A stretch of 64,000 bases of DNA from Armatimonadota bacterium (GTDB taxonomy: Bacteria; Armatimonadota; DTGP01; JAKQQT01): contig DASXVS010000024.1 of the NCBI GenBank assembly GCA_036504095.1, positions 145,257-209,256 of the forward strand, given 5' to 3'. The position numbers and the translations under genes are program-made. The notes under the pieces are model-generated. The model searched no databases. It saw nothing but the letters and a program-made list of their open reading frames with translations, and was not told the DNA's origin. Shown here piece by piece: positions 47,148 to 57,169 of this stretch; the first letter of the stretch is position 1; each line of letters starts with the position of its first letter.

Positions 47148-47927
47148 ATGAGACATATACCATTCCTGCTCCGAGCCGGCGCAGCCGTCGTCGCAGTATC
47201 CGCCCTCCAGGCCGCATCCGCATCAGCCGATCCCGGCGGGACCACGCCGACTCCGACAGGGTTCAACAAATACCTGGTCTACATGGCTGAATCCAGCGCC
47301 GCTCCAGGGGAATCCACCCTCGGCATGGATCCCGCCACGGTGAACTACTTCCAAAGCCATGTGATGGGCCGGACCCCGGCGCAGATCGCGGCCGACAAGA
47401 CCGCAGCGAAGGAGTTCTTCTTCGATCGCTTCGGCCTCGACTTCCGAAGCACCCAGGCGGACGCCATGGGCCAGGAGATGATCCCGGGCGCCATGTTCAC
47501 CGGCTTCTATCAGAGTCCGCAAGTGAACTACCGCGCTTACACCATCTCCGGTGAATCCGTTCCGGCGAGCGGTTGGGAGGTGCGGGATGGTGGCTGGGCC
47601 GTAATGCTGACTCAGGAAACGGTGGTCCACGGCGCGTTTGGCGGGCCGGACGGAAAGACGCTGCCAGCCGGTGCGATGTTGGTCTACGGGAACTACAACA
47701 TTCGAGTGGAGAAGCCCGGGAACCAATCCTCGCGACGGCCTCACCCGCAACCTGAACCGATCGTGATGCATTACCAGTCCTTCACTCCCATCGTGGCGGA
47801 CGCCAACGGGAATATCGGGTTCATCTGCGACCTCTTCCACCCGGTCTGGGGAGTGGGACGCGCGCGGGGTGTGGTGCAGGGCGGCTCGATTCGCAGCGTA
47901 CTCAGCTTCCCTCCCGGCCGTTCTTGA
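47148..47927 (+). CDS. secreted hypothetical protein
   Basis: Signal peptide AVVAVSALQAASASA. No recognisable motifs. Confidence 0.5.
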   Translation: MRHIPFLLRAGAAVVAVSALQAASASADPGGTTPTPTGFNKYLVYMAESSAAPGESTLGMDPATVNYFQSHVMGRTPAQIAADKTAAKEFFFDRFGLDFRSTQADAMGQEMIPGAMFTGFYQSPQVNYRAYTISGESVPASGWEVRDGGWAVMLTQETVVHGAFGGPDGKTLPAGAMLVYGNYNIRVEKPGNQSSRRPHPQPEPIVMHYQSFTPIVADANGNIGFICDLFHPVWGVGRARGVVQGGSIRSVLSFPPGRS

Positions 47928-47988
47928 TCGACGATGGCGGGGAGGCGCGTAGCCGTCTCCCCGCCAATCGGAGAACATCCTCAGTTAA

Positions 47989-48020
47989 TTTTGAACAATT
48001 TCCCTGGCGCACACTGTACA
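47989..48020 (+). promoter_or_regulatory. candidate autoregulated ECF promoter TTTTGAACAAT-N14-CTGTACA
   Basis: -35-like TGAACA and -10-like CTGTA with the same spacing as at 47036. Confidence 0.5.
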
Positions 48021-48063
48021 TTGAATGAATGCCGCTGGGAGAACGTGCGCGGCGAACAAACGA

Positions 48064-48636
48064 ATGATCTTTCAAGCTCCAGATGAAGTGCTGGCCCGCC
48101 GCGCGGCGGAAGGTGAGCAGAGCTGTTTCGAGAAGCTCATTGCCCGCCACCGCGACCGGGTCTACCGCATCTGCTATCGATGCGCGGGGAACTCGGAGGA
48201 TGCCGAGGACTGGGCCCAGGAGTGTTTCATACGCGGGTACACTCAGCTAGGCTATTATGACGCGTCCCGGCCGTTTGCGCCGTGGTTTTACAGGGTGGTC
48301 TCGAATGTCTGTATCAACCTGGCACATTCTAGGAACCGGTGGCGGGCAACTGTGGACCTGGGACTGCCGGACGACGGCGGCGAAGTGGCGGCTGAAGGAA
48401 CCGATCCAGCGGCAGCCATCCTCTCGATCGAGACACGGCGCGCAGTGCTCGAAGCCGTCGAGTCACTGGACCCGAAACTGCGACAGGTTGTGATCTTGCG
48501 CGTGCTGGACGGTATGTCGTTCAAGGAGCTTGGTGAGACCTTCGGGGTACCGCTCGCCACAACTTCGACCTGGTTACGGCGGGCGCTGGTGCAGGTGAGA
48601 CAACAACTTGCCCGGAAAGGCGTGGGGATAGGCTGA
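48064..48636 (+). CDS. ECF-type RNA polymerase sigma factor
   Basis: Region 2 FEKLIARHRDRVYRICYRCAGNSEDAEDWAQECF. Region 4 MSFKELGETFGVPLATTSTWLRRAL. The ORF may begin at 48025. Confidence 0.8.
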   Translation: MIFQAPDEVLARRAAEGEQSCFEKLIARHRDRVYRICYRCAGNSEDAEDWAQECFIRGYTQLGYYDASRPFAPWFYRVVSNVCINLAHSRNRWRATVDLGLPDDGGEVAAEGTDPAAAILSIETRRAVLEAVESLDPKLRQVVILRVLDGMSFKELGETFGVPLATTSTWLRRALVQVRQQLARKGVGIG

Positions 48637-48914
48637 TGGTAACGTGCGGCTGGGTGCAAAACCGAATACTGGCCTACTTATCCGACGAACTCGGCGTGTC
48701 CGAATCCAGCAAGTTGTACCGGCACGTCCAGAAGTGCCTCCGGTGCCAGAAGGCGATGGAACTCCTCTCCGAGACCCAGGACGTGGCAGGCGCAACCCTC
48801 ATGACCAACGTCCGAGCTCCGGCAGCGATCGACGCCCGTATCATGGCGGCCATCTCCGGCCGCCGGCCGGACCCGGTGCGGCGTTTCCGCTTCTGGAACT
48901 GGTGGAGAAAATGA
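48636..48914 (+). CDS. zinc-finger (zf-HC2, HxxxCxxC) anti-sigma factor, short cytoplasmic type
   Basis: HVQKCLRC motif. Start overlaps the sigma stop (TGATG). Confidence 0.65.
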   Translation: MVTCGWVQNRILAYLSDELGVSESSKLYRHVQKCLRCQKAMELLSETQDVAGATLMTNVRAPAAIDARIMAAISGRRPDPVRRFRFWNWWRK

Positions 48915-48999
48915 GCGCATCGCCGCGAAAGCTGGCCGCTCCCGAAGCCGGGTGGGAGCCGCACGGAGTTGACCCGGCAATGAGCCTCAGGAGGCAAAT

Positions 49000-49437
49000 A
49001 TGAAACGGTTCGCGATGCTCGTGTTGAGCGCGGCTATGGCCGCAGGAATAACGGGTTCGGCTTCGGCCGCGCCGAAGGACCAGCAGTCCACCCAGCGCAA
49101 GGTGGCGCAGGGTGGCACGATAAAAGCCATGCCTATGGGCGGAATGAAGGGCATGAAGGGCGGCATGGGCATGATGATGACCCCGGACGCCAGGAAGCTG
49201 CGCAAGCATGTAGATGCCGTCAAGGTTAAGGCGGCGAAGAACGGCCGATACGATTGCTGCATCGGCCCTTCGTGTGACTTCTGTGCGACGCATATGGGCT
49301 CGTGTTCCTGTGCGAAGGGCGTCGCCAGTGGGATGGGCAATTGCCGGGAGTGCAAGGGTGGCTGGGAAGCCGGTCAGGGCGATGTTCCTGGCAAGACGAA
49401 GGCAGACGTCCGCAAGATGAAGACCGTGGGAATGTGA
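49000..49437 (+). CDS. small secreted Met/Gly-rich and Cys-rich (9 Cys) protein, putative metal-binding
   Basis: AGGAGG RBS. Signal peptide. AMPMGGMKGMKGGMGMMM and CCIGPSCDFCATHMGSCSCAKG...NCRECKGGW. Confidence 0.6.
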   Translation: MKRFAMLVLSAAMAAGITGSASAAPKDQQSTQRKVAQGGTIKAMPMGGMKGMKGGMGMMMTPDARKLRKHVDAVKVKAAKNGRYDCCIGPSCDFCATHMGSCSCAKGVASGMGNCRECKGGWEAGQGDVPGKTKADVRKMKTVGM

Positions 49438-49636
49438 TCCCGCAGCGTGAGGGTGTCTCCCGGCGGGTCCAATCATCTACCGGGAGACCTTCATCTGCGC
49501 CAACCGCAGAGTGGTCCCGTCGGACATCTCCAGGTTTCGCCTAGCTCGTCCTTAAGATGCCGCGAAAACTGCTACCATACCCGCGGGAGCGGCATGGCTC
49601 CGCATCCCTCATCTCCACGCTAGAGAGGAAGCATCA

Positions 49637-51142
49637 ATGCACACCCGTTTGACGCTTGCCGCCTTCGCCATGGCGGCTTTCCTGCCTTGCACCGCAGGCG
49701 CACAGGCTCCCCGCGGCGGATTCGGCGGCGGCTCCGGAAGTCCGCTTGCCGGGCTAGCAAACCCCCACGCCGGCACGGCCAAACATGAAGGCTCCTGGGA
49801 TCGCTCAGGCGGCAATGCCGATATGCGTTTCATCAAGCCCGGAGAAACGCTGACCATCTTCGACGCGAAAGGCCCCGCGGTGGTCCACCGTTTCTGGGTG
49901 ACCATCGCCCCGCGAACCGATACGGAAATCCTGCGACAGACCATCATCCGCATGTACTGGGACGGCGAAAAGGACCCCAGCGTGGAATGCCCCATCGGCG
50001 ATTTCTTCGGGGTGGGCTTCGGGCAGCAGGTAGACTACCAGTCCATGCCGCTCAACGAAACCAGCGGCGGTTACAACTGCTACTGGCCGATGCCGTTCCA
50101 CCAGTCGGCTAAATGGACCATTGAGAACCGCAGCAAGAAGAATCTGGATGCATTCTACTACAACATCGATTACACTGCCCTCGAGACGATGAACCCGAAC
50201 ATGAGGCATTTCCACGCTTCGTGGCGGCGCGAGAACCCCACTTCTCCCGGCAAGAACTACACGATCCTCGAGGCCGAGGGCGACGGCCATTACGTTGGTA
50301 CCGCGCTCTTCATGCAGAACCGGCGGGGCCATGGTCTCGGCTTCCTCGAGGGGGACGAGATGGTTTACATCGATGGCGAAACCACGCCCAGCATCAACGG
50401 AACCGGCACTGAAGACTACTTCTCCAGCGGCTGGTACTTCGATCGAGGCACCTACTCCGCCAACTACCACGGCGTACAGATCAAAGATGAGACCCTCGGG
50501 CGCGTGAGCACCTATCGATGGCATATTGAGGACGCGATCCCGTTCCACAAGTCCATCAAGTTCACCATCGAGCACGGCACCAACAATGACCACGTGGCGG
50601 ACTACTCCAGCGTTGCCTATTTCTATCAGAGTGAGCCGCACAAGGCCTACCCGCCCCTGCCTGCCAACGCAGCCGACCTGCTGCCGACCGTTCCGCCGCC
50701 CCCGATGAAGATCCAGGGCGCCATTGAAGGCGAGAACCTCGTGGGCTCGGCAAAGGCCACCGTCGGCAACGTCCTCACGCAAGAACTGACGTCGGACGCG
50801 GGCGCCTGGAGCGGCGACAACCAGCTTTGGTGGATTCCCGAACGGGCCAACGGGGTCCTGACCTTTCAGCTTCCGGTCGCCAACGCGGGCACATATGATG
50901 CGACGGCCTACCTCACGAAGGCCCACGATTATGGCATCTTCCGCGTCTCGGTGAACGGCGTCTCCATTCCCGGCGAGATCAACCTCTACCACGATGGCGT
51001 GATGCCCTCCGGTCCGATTCCCATTGGCAGTGTGAAGCTGAAAGCCGGCGACAACGAGATCAAGGTCACCAATGCCGGCAAGGACCCCCTCTCCAGCGGG
51101 TACCTCTTCGGCCTCGACTGCGTCGTGCTCAAGCCGCAGTAA
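49637..51142 (+). CDS. glycoside hydrolase family 172 (DUF2961) protein, secreted
   Basis: WDRSGGNAD and DUF2961-like core. Signal peptide. Confidence 0.7.
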   Translation: MHTRLTLAAFAMAAFLPCTAGAQAPRGGFGGGSGSPLAGLANPHAGTAKHEGSWDRSGGNADMRFIKPGETLTIFDAKGPAVVHRFWVTIAPRTDTEILRQTIIRMYWDGEKDPSVECPIGDFFGVGFGQQVDYQSMPLNETSGGYNCYWPMPFHQSAKWTIENRSKKNLDAFYYNIDYTALETMNPNMRHFHASWRRENPTSPGKNYTILEAEGDGHYVGTALFMQNRRGHGLGFLEGDEMVYIDGETTPSINGTGTEDYFSSGWYFDRGTYSANYHGVQIKDETLGRVSTYRWHIEDAIPFHKSIKFTIEHGTNNDHVADYSSVAYFYQSEPHKAYPPLPANAADLLPTVPPPPMKIQGAIEGENLVGSAKATVGNVLTQELTSDAGAWSGDNQLWWIPERANGVLTFQLPVANAGTYDATAYLTKAHDYGIFRVSVNGVSIPGEINLYHDGVMPSGPIPIGSVKLKAGDNEIKVTNAGKDPLSSGYLFGLDCVVLKPQ

Positions 51143-51149
51143 GGGAGTT

Positions 51150-51192
51150 TCAGGTTCCGAGTTCCGGGTTTCGAGACCCGGAACCCGGAACC
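51150..51192. repeat. 7-mer-based palindrome GGTTCCGAGTTCCGGGTTTCGAGACCCGGAACCCGGAACC; candidate terminator or REP-like element
   Basis: Directly after the GH172 stop. Same family as 18463..18566. Confidence 0.55.
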
Positions 51193-51347
51193 CTCCTCTT
51201 TGGTACCCGGGTACTTCGAGACGGTGCAAATTACCCGTTTTGGATTCGGCTTTCTGCAGGGTAATAAACGCCCAAGGCGCTTGGGGCGGGGCTGCTTCTT
51301 CTCTTAGGCTGCCTGTCTTGATTGTCGCGTCGGAATGGGGGGCCCGG

Positions 51348-52157
51348 ATGAATCGTTTGGCGCTGTGTTCCGCTGTCGTTATTGGAGCATTTGAGCTGAT
51401 GCTGGGCGGCGACGCTGCCGCCGCGACCGTCACTTCGACCGGCGCCGGATCGTCTGTATCGTCGATTGACCGCTCCGCGACGTTCGACCGGCTGGACTGG
51501 ACGCACAACGGAACGCCGCTGAGCGACTACACCGAGGGCCTCCTCTTCATCGGCACTGATGGTGACAGCACCGTCGGATGGGGGCCAAGCGTCATACCCC
51601 CGTTTAATCCGTTCCATCTGCCGATGGACCCGGCTACCCAGGCCTTCTTTTTCCCTGACTTCGGTAACACGACCCAGGCCACTATTCGCACCACCGACCA
51701 GAAGCGGATCTACGCCATTGAGTTCCTGTACGGCAATGGTTGGACCACCGGCGACATCTACGGAGTCCCGTGGGGCGATAACCTCGGCTGGCTCGTGTGG
51801 GAGACGCTGCGGGGGACCGCCGTTGTGTCTTCGGGGCAGATCGGGCCTAACCCTTCTCTACCGGTCGGGACGATCGTCGGCTGGTATGATCCCGAAGGTT
51901 TCGATGAGCTGCACGTGAAGTGCGTGGTAGAGAACCCCACCCCTCCGAATTTCCAGGAACTCGCCCTCGATGATGTCCATGTTCAGTTGACAGCCGTGGG
52001 GGCGTATTCCGCGGCAGACGCCGTGCGTGCGCTGGAGGTCGCGCTCGGCTTCAACGTGGCGACGCCCGTTGATATGGCGCGTCTCAACGTGACGGGCGGC
52101 CCGTCCATCGAAATGGACGACGCAGTGTGGATTCTCCGAAAGACGCACGGCCTGTGA
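51348..52157 (+). CDS. secreted hypothetical protein with a C-terminal dockerin-like segment
   Basis: Start MNRLALC. C-terminal AADAVRALEVALGFNVATPVDMARLNVTG...MDDAVWILRKTHG. Confidence 0.5.
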   Translation: MNRLALCSAVVIGAFELMLGGDAAAATVTSTGAGSSVSSIDRSATFDRLDWTHNGTPLSDYTEGLLFIGTDGDSTVGWGPSVIPPFNPFHLPMDPATQAFFFPDFGNTTQATIRTTDQKRIYAIEFLYGNGWTTGDIYGVPWGDNLGWLVWETLRGTAVVSSGQIGPNPSLPVGTIVGWYDPEGFDELHVKCVVENPTPPNFQELALDDVHVQLTAVGAYSAADAVRALEVALGFNVATPVDMARLNVTGGPSIEMDDAVWILRKTHGL

Positions 52158-52220
52158 GAGTATTGAGTTTCGAGTTCCAAGTTCCGGGTCTCGAAACCCG
52201 GAACTCAAAACTCAATACTC
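52158..52220. repeat. long palindrome GAGTATTGAGTTTCGAGTTCC...GGAACTCAAAACTCAATACTC between convergent genes
   Basis: Read from the sequence. 7-mer units. Related to the elements at 51150 and 36690. Confidence 0.55.
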
Positions 52221-52244
52221 AAAACCTGTCACCCGTCGTCCAGC

Positions 52245-53555
52245 CTACGCCTGGCTGGCCGCGAGCGCCTGGTCCAGGTCGGCGATAATGTCGTCCACGT
52301 TTTCCAGACCGACGGACAGGCGAACGTAATCGGCGGAAACGCCGGAGTTCTTCTGTTCCTCGGGCGTCAACTGCTGGTGAGTTGTGGACGCCGGGTGGAT
52401 GATCAGGCTTTTCGCATCGCCGATGTTCGCCAGGTGTGAGAACAGCTTCACGTTGTCGATGAGTTTGGCGCCGGCCTCACTGCCACCCTTAATGCCGAAT
52501 CCGATGATCCCGCCGAAGCCGTCTTTCAGGAACTGCGTCGCGCGGGCGTGGTCCCTGTGGCTGGCCAGCCCGGGGTAGTTTACCCAGGCTACGCTCGGGT
52601 GCTTCTCCAGCCACTCCGCAACCTTCAACGCGTTGGCGCAGTGCTGGCGTATGCGGAGCGGCAGCGTCTCGAGACCCTGCAGGAAATAGAAGGCGTTCTG
52701 CGGCGCCAGCGTGGGACCGATGTCTCGAAGCAATTGAACGCGCGTCTTCAGGATGTACGCGATGCCGGGTACCACCGCCTTGTCGTGATTGCCGAAGGCC
52801 GCCCAGTAGGAGACTCCGTGGTAAGACGGGTCGGGTTCCGTGATCTCGGGGAATTTGCCGTTGTCCCACGGGAAGGCGCCCAGGTCCACGATCGCGCCGC
52901 CGATGCTGGTGCCGTGCCCGCCGATGTATTTGGTGAGGCTGTACACGATGATGTCCGCGCCAAGTTCCTTCAGGCGCAGGATCGGCGGCGGCGCCACGGT
53001 GTTGTCCACAACCAGCGGAATGCCGTGTTTGTGCGCGATCTCGGAGATCGCCGGGAAATCATCCACATTGTTGGCCGGATTGCCCAGCGATTCCGTGTAG
53101 AGCAGGCGCGTGTTCTCATCGATCGCCTTCTCGAAATTGGCCGGATCCGACGAATCGACGAACCGGACATCGATGCCCAGGCGCGCCAGCGTGTAGTGGA
53201 AAAGGTTGTAAGTTCCGCCGTAGATATTGCTCCCGGAAACGATGTTCTGCCCGGCGCTGGTGATGTTCAGGACCGCCAGTGTTATCGCTGCCTGCCCCGA
53301 GGAAAGCGCCAGCGCGCCTGTACCGCCATCCAACGCGGCCAGGCGTTTCTCCAACACGTCGGTCGTAGGGTTCATAATGCGGCTGTAGATATTGCCGAAA
53401 GCGCGCAACCCGAAGAGGTCGGCCGCATGCTGAGACGAATCGAATACGTACGATGCCGTCTGGTAGATCGGCACGGCGCGCGCGTTGGTGGCCGGGTCAA
53501 CAACCTGGCCGGCGTGAAGGGCGAGGGTTTCCACCCCCTGGTTCTGAGTGCTCAT
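52245..53555 (-). CDS. metY: O-acetylhomoserine (thiol)-lyase / O-acetylhomoserine sulfhydrylase
   Basis: PLP-dependent Cys/Met-metabolism family. LALHAGQ...[23 protein letters not shown]. Confidence 0.85.
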   Translation of the reverse strand: MSTQNQGVETLALHAGQVVDPATNARAVPIYQTASYVFDSSQHAADLFGLRAFGNIYSRIMNPTTDVLEKRLAALDGGTGALALSSGQAAITLAVLNITSAGQNIVSGSNIYGGTYNLFHYTLARLGIDVRFVDSSDPANFEKAIDENTRLLYTESLGNPANNVDDFPAISEIAHKHGIPLVVDNTVAPPPILRLKELGADIIVYSLTKYIGGHGTSIGGAIVDLGAFPWDNGKFPEITEPDPSYHGVSYWAAFGNHDKAVVPGIAYILKTRVQLLRDIGPTLAPQNAFYFLQGLETLPLRIRQHCANALKVAEWLEKHPSVAWVNYPGLASHRDHARATQFLKDGFGGIIGFGIKGGSEAGAKLIDNVKLFSHLANIGDAKSLIIHPASTTHQQLTPEEQKNSGVSADYVRLSVGLENVDDIIADLDQALAASQA

Positions 53556-53629
53556 ATCTTGTATGTTCCTTTTCCCTAGTGTGGCGCCGGCCCCCGCGTC
53601 TGTCGCGCGGCGCCAGCCTCCGTGCCGGC

Positions 53630-54784
53630 CTACCGGCTTGAAACTGCCGCCTTAAGCGCGGCGTCCAGATCGTCAATGAGATCGTCCGAATCCTCGATGC
53701 CGACGGACAGCCGCAGTGTTCCGTCGGTGATGCCCCGGCGCTCGCGCTCCTCGCGGGCGACCGAGGCGTGGGTCATTTCCGAGGGGTAACAGCAGAGGGA
53801 TTCGACGCCGCCCAGGCTCTCCGCAAAGGCGAAGACCTTCAGGCTGCTCGCAAACGCCTCCACCGCCGGGCGGCCGCCCTTGATGGCGAACGATACCATT
53901 CCGCCGAAGCCGTCCATCTGGCGTTTCGCAAGCTCGTGCTGAGGGTGAGCCGGCAGCCCGGGGTAGTGGACGGCATCCACCTGCGGGTGGGTTTGCAGGA
54001 ATTCAGCGATCCGCTGGGCGTTCTGGCCATGCTGCCGCATACGCAGCTGCAGCGTCTTGACGCCGCGCAGCGTGAGCCAGGCGTCGAACGGCCCCGGGAC
54101 CGCGCCCGCGGCGTTCTGGTAAAACTGGATATCACGGTGCAGGACCGCGTCGTTCACCACCACCGCGCCGCCGATGACATCGGAGTGGCCGCCGATGTAC
54201 TTTGTGGTGCTGTGCACGACGATGTCCGCTCCCAGGGCGAGGGGTCGCTGCAGGGCTGGTGTAGCGAACGTGTTGTCCACGGCCAGAGGCACGCTGTGCG
54301 CGCGGGCGATAGCGGCAACCGCGGCGATATCGACGAGTTGCAGCAGCGGGTTCGTGGGCGATTCGATCCATATCAGTTTCGTGGCGGGCGTCAGCGGCGC
54401 CTCGAAATTGGCGGGGATCGCCCCGTCCACGTAGGAAAAGCTGACGCCCTGCGGCGTCAGAACTTTTTCGAAGAGACGGTAAGTCCCCCCGTAGATGTCC
54501 GCGGCGGAGACTACGTGGTCTCCCGGACGTAGAATCGAGAGAACAGCGGTCTCGGCCGCAAGCCCTGACGCGAACGCGAGGCCGTTCCCCCCACCCTCCA
54601 GGGAGGCGATGCATTCCTCCAGGGCGGCCCGCGTCGGGTTTCCCGAGCGCGAATACTCGTAGCCCTTGTGCTTGTGAACCCCCGCCTGCGTGTACGTGGA
54701 CGTCTGATAGATGGGAACAATAGTGGCTCCGGTGGATTCGTCCGCCGCCTGCCCCGCGTGTATAGCCTTCGTTGCGAATTTCAT
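53630..54784 (-). CDS. metB: cystathionine gamma-synthase / beta-lyase family PLP enzyme
   Basis: [36 protein letters not shown]. The long upstream ORF extension is spurious. Confidence 0.8.
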   Translation of the reverse strand: MKFATKAIHAGQAADESTGATIVPIYQTSTYTQAGVHKHKGYEYSRSGNPTRAALEECIASLEGGGNGLAFASGLAAETAVLSILRPGDHVVSAADIYGGTYRLFEKVLTPQGVSFSYVDGAIPANFEAPLTPATKLIWIESPTNPLLQLVDIAAVAAIARAHSVPLAVDNTFATPALQRPLALGADIVVHSTTKYIGGHSDVIGGAVVVNDAVLHRDIQFYQNAAGAVPGPFDAWLTLRGVKTLQLRMRQHGQNAQRIAEFLQTHPQVDAVHYPGLPAHPQHELAKRQMDGFGGMVSFAIKGGRPAVEAFASSLKVFAFAESLGGVESLCCYPSEMTHASVAREERERRGITDGTLRLSVGIEDSDDLIDDLDAALKAAVSSR

Positions 54785-54886
54785 GCCGCTGCCTCCCGGA
54801 ATACAATGACCCGAATCCGACAATCGCCCTGGTTGACGTCGGCGCAATCCCTGGGGGACGCGTCGCCGACCGCTCTGGTTAAGTAA

Positions 54887-54916
54887 TATGATAAAGTAAC
54901 TCAGGTATATTGTCAA
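54887..54916 (-). promoter_or_regulatory. sigma-70-like promoter TTGACA-N17-TATCAT upstream of metB (~100 nt leader)
   Basis: The minus-strand reading is ttgacaatatacctgagttactttatcat. Confidence 0.4.
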
Positions 54917-55021
54917 GGATTCAGATTTGATTTTTCGCCGCCGTGCGCCCTGCCCCGTCGGCGATTTGGCTCCCATGTGGAGTGTGACGTATCCTTGGTC
55001 GTAGCGAAGAGTATATCCACT

Positions 55022-55438
55022 ATGAAGCCCGTACACACATATATCGAACTGGTGCAGTGCCCGCAGTGCCGGGACACGTTCATGGCGCTGGGGGATGATT
55101 GCTGCTGGCGGTGCGCCCCCGAAGGGCCGCCGCCCACCCACGCTGAGCTTGCCGCTGCCCGTCTCAATCGGGTGGGCGCCGAGATCGCGGAAGGCTCTCC
55201 GGGGAGCCTCGCCGGCCTGGGTTTCGCGCCCCTTGGATCGGCGCCGGTCGTCTTCGGCCCTCCGCAACCGCTGCGCGTCCCGACTCCACCCGGTGATGAG
55301 CCTGAACGGTTGCCGCGCGCTGAACCTTCCGACCCCTTGGCGATCCCTCGCTGGGCGGCCGTCATCGGATGGTTGCTGCTGATGATACACGCCGTCCAGG
55401 TAATCCTTCGCCAACACCCGCTCATCGGACCGAAGTAG
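55022..55438 (+). CDS. hypothetical zinc-ribbon protein with a C-terminal transmembrane helix
   Basis: CPQC...CCWRC, then a hydrophobic segment AAVIGWLLLMIHAV. Confidence 0.45.
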   Translation: MKPVHTYIELVQCPQCRDTFMALGDDCCWRCAPEGPPPTHAELAAARLNRVGAEIAEGSPGSLAGLGFAPLGSAPVVFGPPQPLRVPTPPGDEPERLPRAEPSDPLAIPRWAAVIGWLLLMIHAVQVILRQHPLIGPK

Positions 55439-55449
55439 GGGCAGACTCA

Positions 55450-55989
55450 GTGCCAACCTCAGACACCGGAATCACCATCCGGCTCGCATCTCTCGCCGAT
55501 GCCTTTGGGATCGCACGCGTCCACGTCTCTTCGTGGCGCTCGACCTACCGTGGCATCGTGCCTGAGGCGGTCCTGGACGGGCTTAGTGTGGAAGACCGCT
55601 CGGTGCGCTGGACGCAGAACCTGGCCCAGGACGTGGACAAGGGCTGGTTCACGCTCGTGGCAGAGGACGCCGGCCGCGTTGTCGGCTTCGCCAGCGCCGG
55701 GCCGGAACGAAGCGAAGACCCGGTGTTCACTGGAGAGCTTGGGGCCCTCTATCTCCTCGCGACGCACCAGCGCCTTGGCCTCGGGCGGCGCCTCGTATCG
55801 GAGGCTGCGCGCCGGTTGCGCGAAGCCGGGATGGACTCGATGCTGATCTGGGTTCTCCGCGACAACCCGTCGCGCGGTTTCTACGAGGCGCTTGGCGGCC
55901 AGTACGTCCGCCGACGGGTGCTCGCCATTGGCGGCGTGGACCTCGTCGAAGTGGCGTACGGGTGGAAGGACACGGCGGTGGTGCGGTGA
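55450..55989 (+). CDS. GNAT-family N-acetyltransferase
   Basis: ITIRLASLAD...RLGLGRRLV GNAT motifs. GTG start assumed; ATG 55369 would overlap the upstream gene. Confidence 0.6.
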   Translation: MPTSDTGITIRLASLADAFGIARVHVSSWRSTYRGIVPEAVLDGLSVEDRSVRWTQNLAQDVDKGWFTLVAEDAGRVVGFASAGPERSEDPVFTGELGALYLLATHQRLGLGRRLVSEAARRLREAGMDSMLIWVLRDNPSRGFYEALGGQYVRRRVLAIGGVDLVEVAYGWKDTAVVR

Positions 55990-56039
55990 CAATCGCCCTC
56001 GAGGGGCACCGACGGCCGGTATTGAGGCGCCGCTGTGAA

Positions 56040-57089
56040 TCACGGTACCCCACAACACCGCTCGATGTGCTCGATGGCCCTGAGGTCCGCATCGCGAATT
56101 CGGCGGATCGCGTCCGCGTAGGCCAGGCGGGTGGTGCGGTCGGCGACGCTTCTGGTCGTCGCCTCGCTGAAGTCCTCCGGCAAGACCGAACGCGCCTCGT
56201 CGCGCGCGGCGGCTGTGGACTCGTAGCAGGAGGCGGCGGCGAGGGCTTCGCCCGCCATGTCCGGTTCGTCGGAGGCAACCTGGTGGAGGAAGGGAATGGC
56301 GGCGCGGCGGTCATCGACCATCATCATATCGCAGAGCAGGCAGAGGTATCGGAAACCGAGGGTTTCCATGTCCCCGGGCGGGTACAGGCTGTCATCGAGG
56401 AGATCGTCCACCAGCGCATCGTAGCCCTCGAGGCCGCGCACCCAGTCGTCAGCCCGCGGGTATCGCACCAGCTCAACCGCCCAGCGAAGGGTATCGAGGA
56501 TCATCTCCCGGCGTGGTGGCGGGGCGACGGCCTCTCCAATCAGGATGAAGCCGCGTGTGTTGGCATGCCATTGCGACTTGCGAAAGTAGCCGGACTCGTC
56601 GGCGGGCTCGTTGTGGTCGACAGGGATGTCCTGGTACGTGCTCCAGCCCATCAGCACTTCGCCGCCACAATCGTAGCCGGTGATGAGGCTGTAGTCGGCC
56701 GGGCCGACAACGCCGGACGCGATGACGGGCACACCCCGGTCGATGCTCTCCGTGATGGAGGCCGCATCGCGTTTGGCATCGCCGCACTGGACCCACGTGT
56801 ACGGTCGGCCCACCATACGGAAGGCGCGGTCTGTGGGAGCACGAGGATCGGTGGTAATGCTGTCGACGCTGTAGTTCCCGGGGTTCCAGTGGTCCGGCGA
56901 GAGCGTGAATCGGAACGCGGCGCCGCAGGCCGCCATCACATCGTGGTACGGCACCGTCTGGCCAAGGCAGTCCAGGGCGGAGACCAGGCACGAGGCAAAC
57001 TCACACATCTGGCCGGTGTCCCACGTCACGCGCGGGGCGCCCTCGATGAAGACCCTCCCGCCGTCGCGCCGTATTTCCCGTGTTGGCAT
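56040..57089 (-). CDS. hypothetical protein
   Basis: ORF with start at MPTREIRRD. No confident family assignment. Confidence 0.45.
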   Translation of the reverse strand: MPTREIRRDGGRVFIEGAPRVTWDTGQMCEFASCLVSALDCLGQTVPYHDVMAACGAAFRFTLSPDHWNPGNYSVDSITTDPRAPTDRAFRMVGRPYTWVQCGDAKRDAASITESIDRGVPVIASGVVGPADYSLITGYDCGGEVLMGWSTYQDIPVDHNEPADESGYFRKSQWHANTRGFILIGEAVAPPPRREMILDTLRWAVELVRYPRADDWVRGLEGYDALVDDLLDDSLYPPGDMETLGFRYLCLLCDMMMVDDRRAAIPFLHQVASDEPDMAGEALAAASCYESTAAARDEARSVLPEDFSEATTRSVADRTTRLAYADAIRRIRDADLRAIEHIERCCGVP

Positions 57090-57169
57090 GATATCCTCCT
57101 CACCCAACGAGCGTTCCCCGGCATGGTGAACTGCATTGAGGCCCGGCGGCAAGCAGAACGGAAGCAACA

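Noticed and set aside
49805-51508. 567-aa minus-strand ORF across the GH172 gene and its terminator
   Set aside because: Antisense to the GH172 gene. It spans an obvious palindromic terminator and has no RBS.
54977-55438. Full 153-aa ORF, and the 55369 ATG start for the GNAT gene
   Set aside because: The first 15 codons of 54977.. lie in the metB promoter region, so the start is moved to MKPVHTY at 55022. The 55369 start would overlap the upstream gene by 70 nt, so GTG 55450 is preferred. Both calls are of low certainty.
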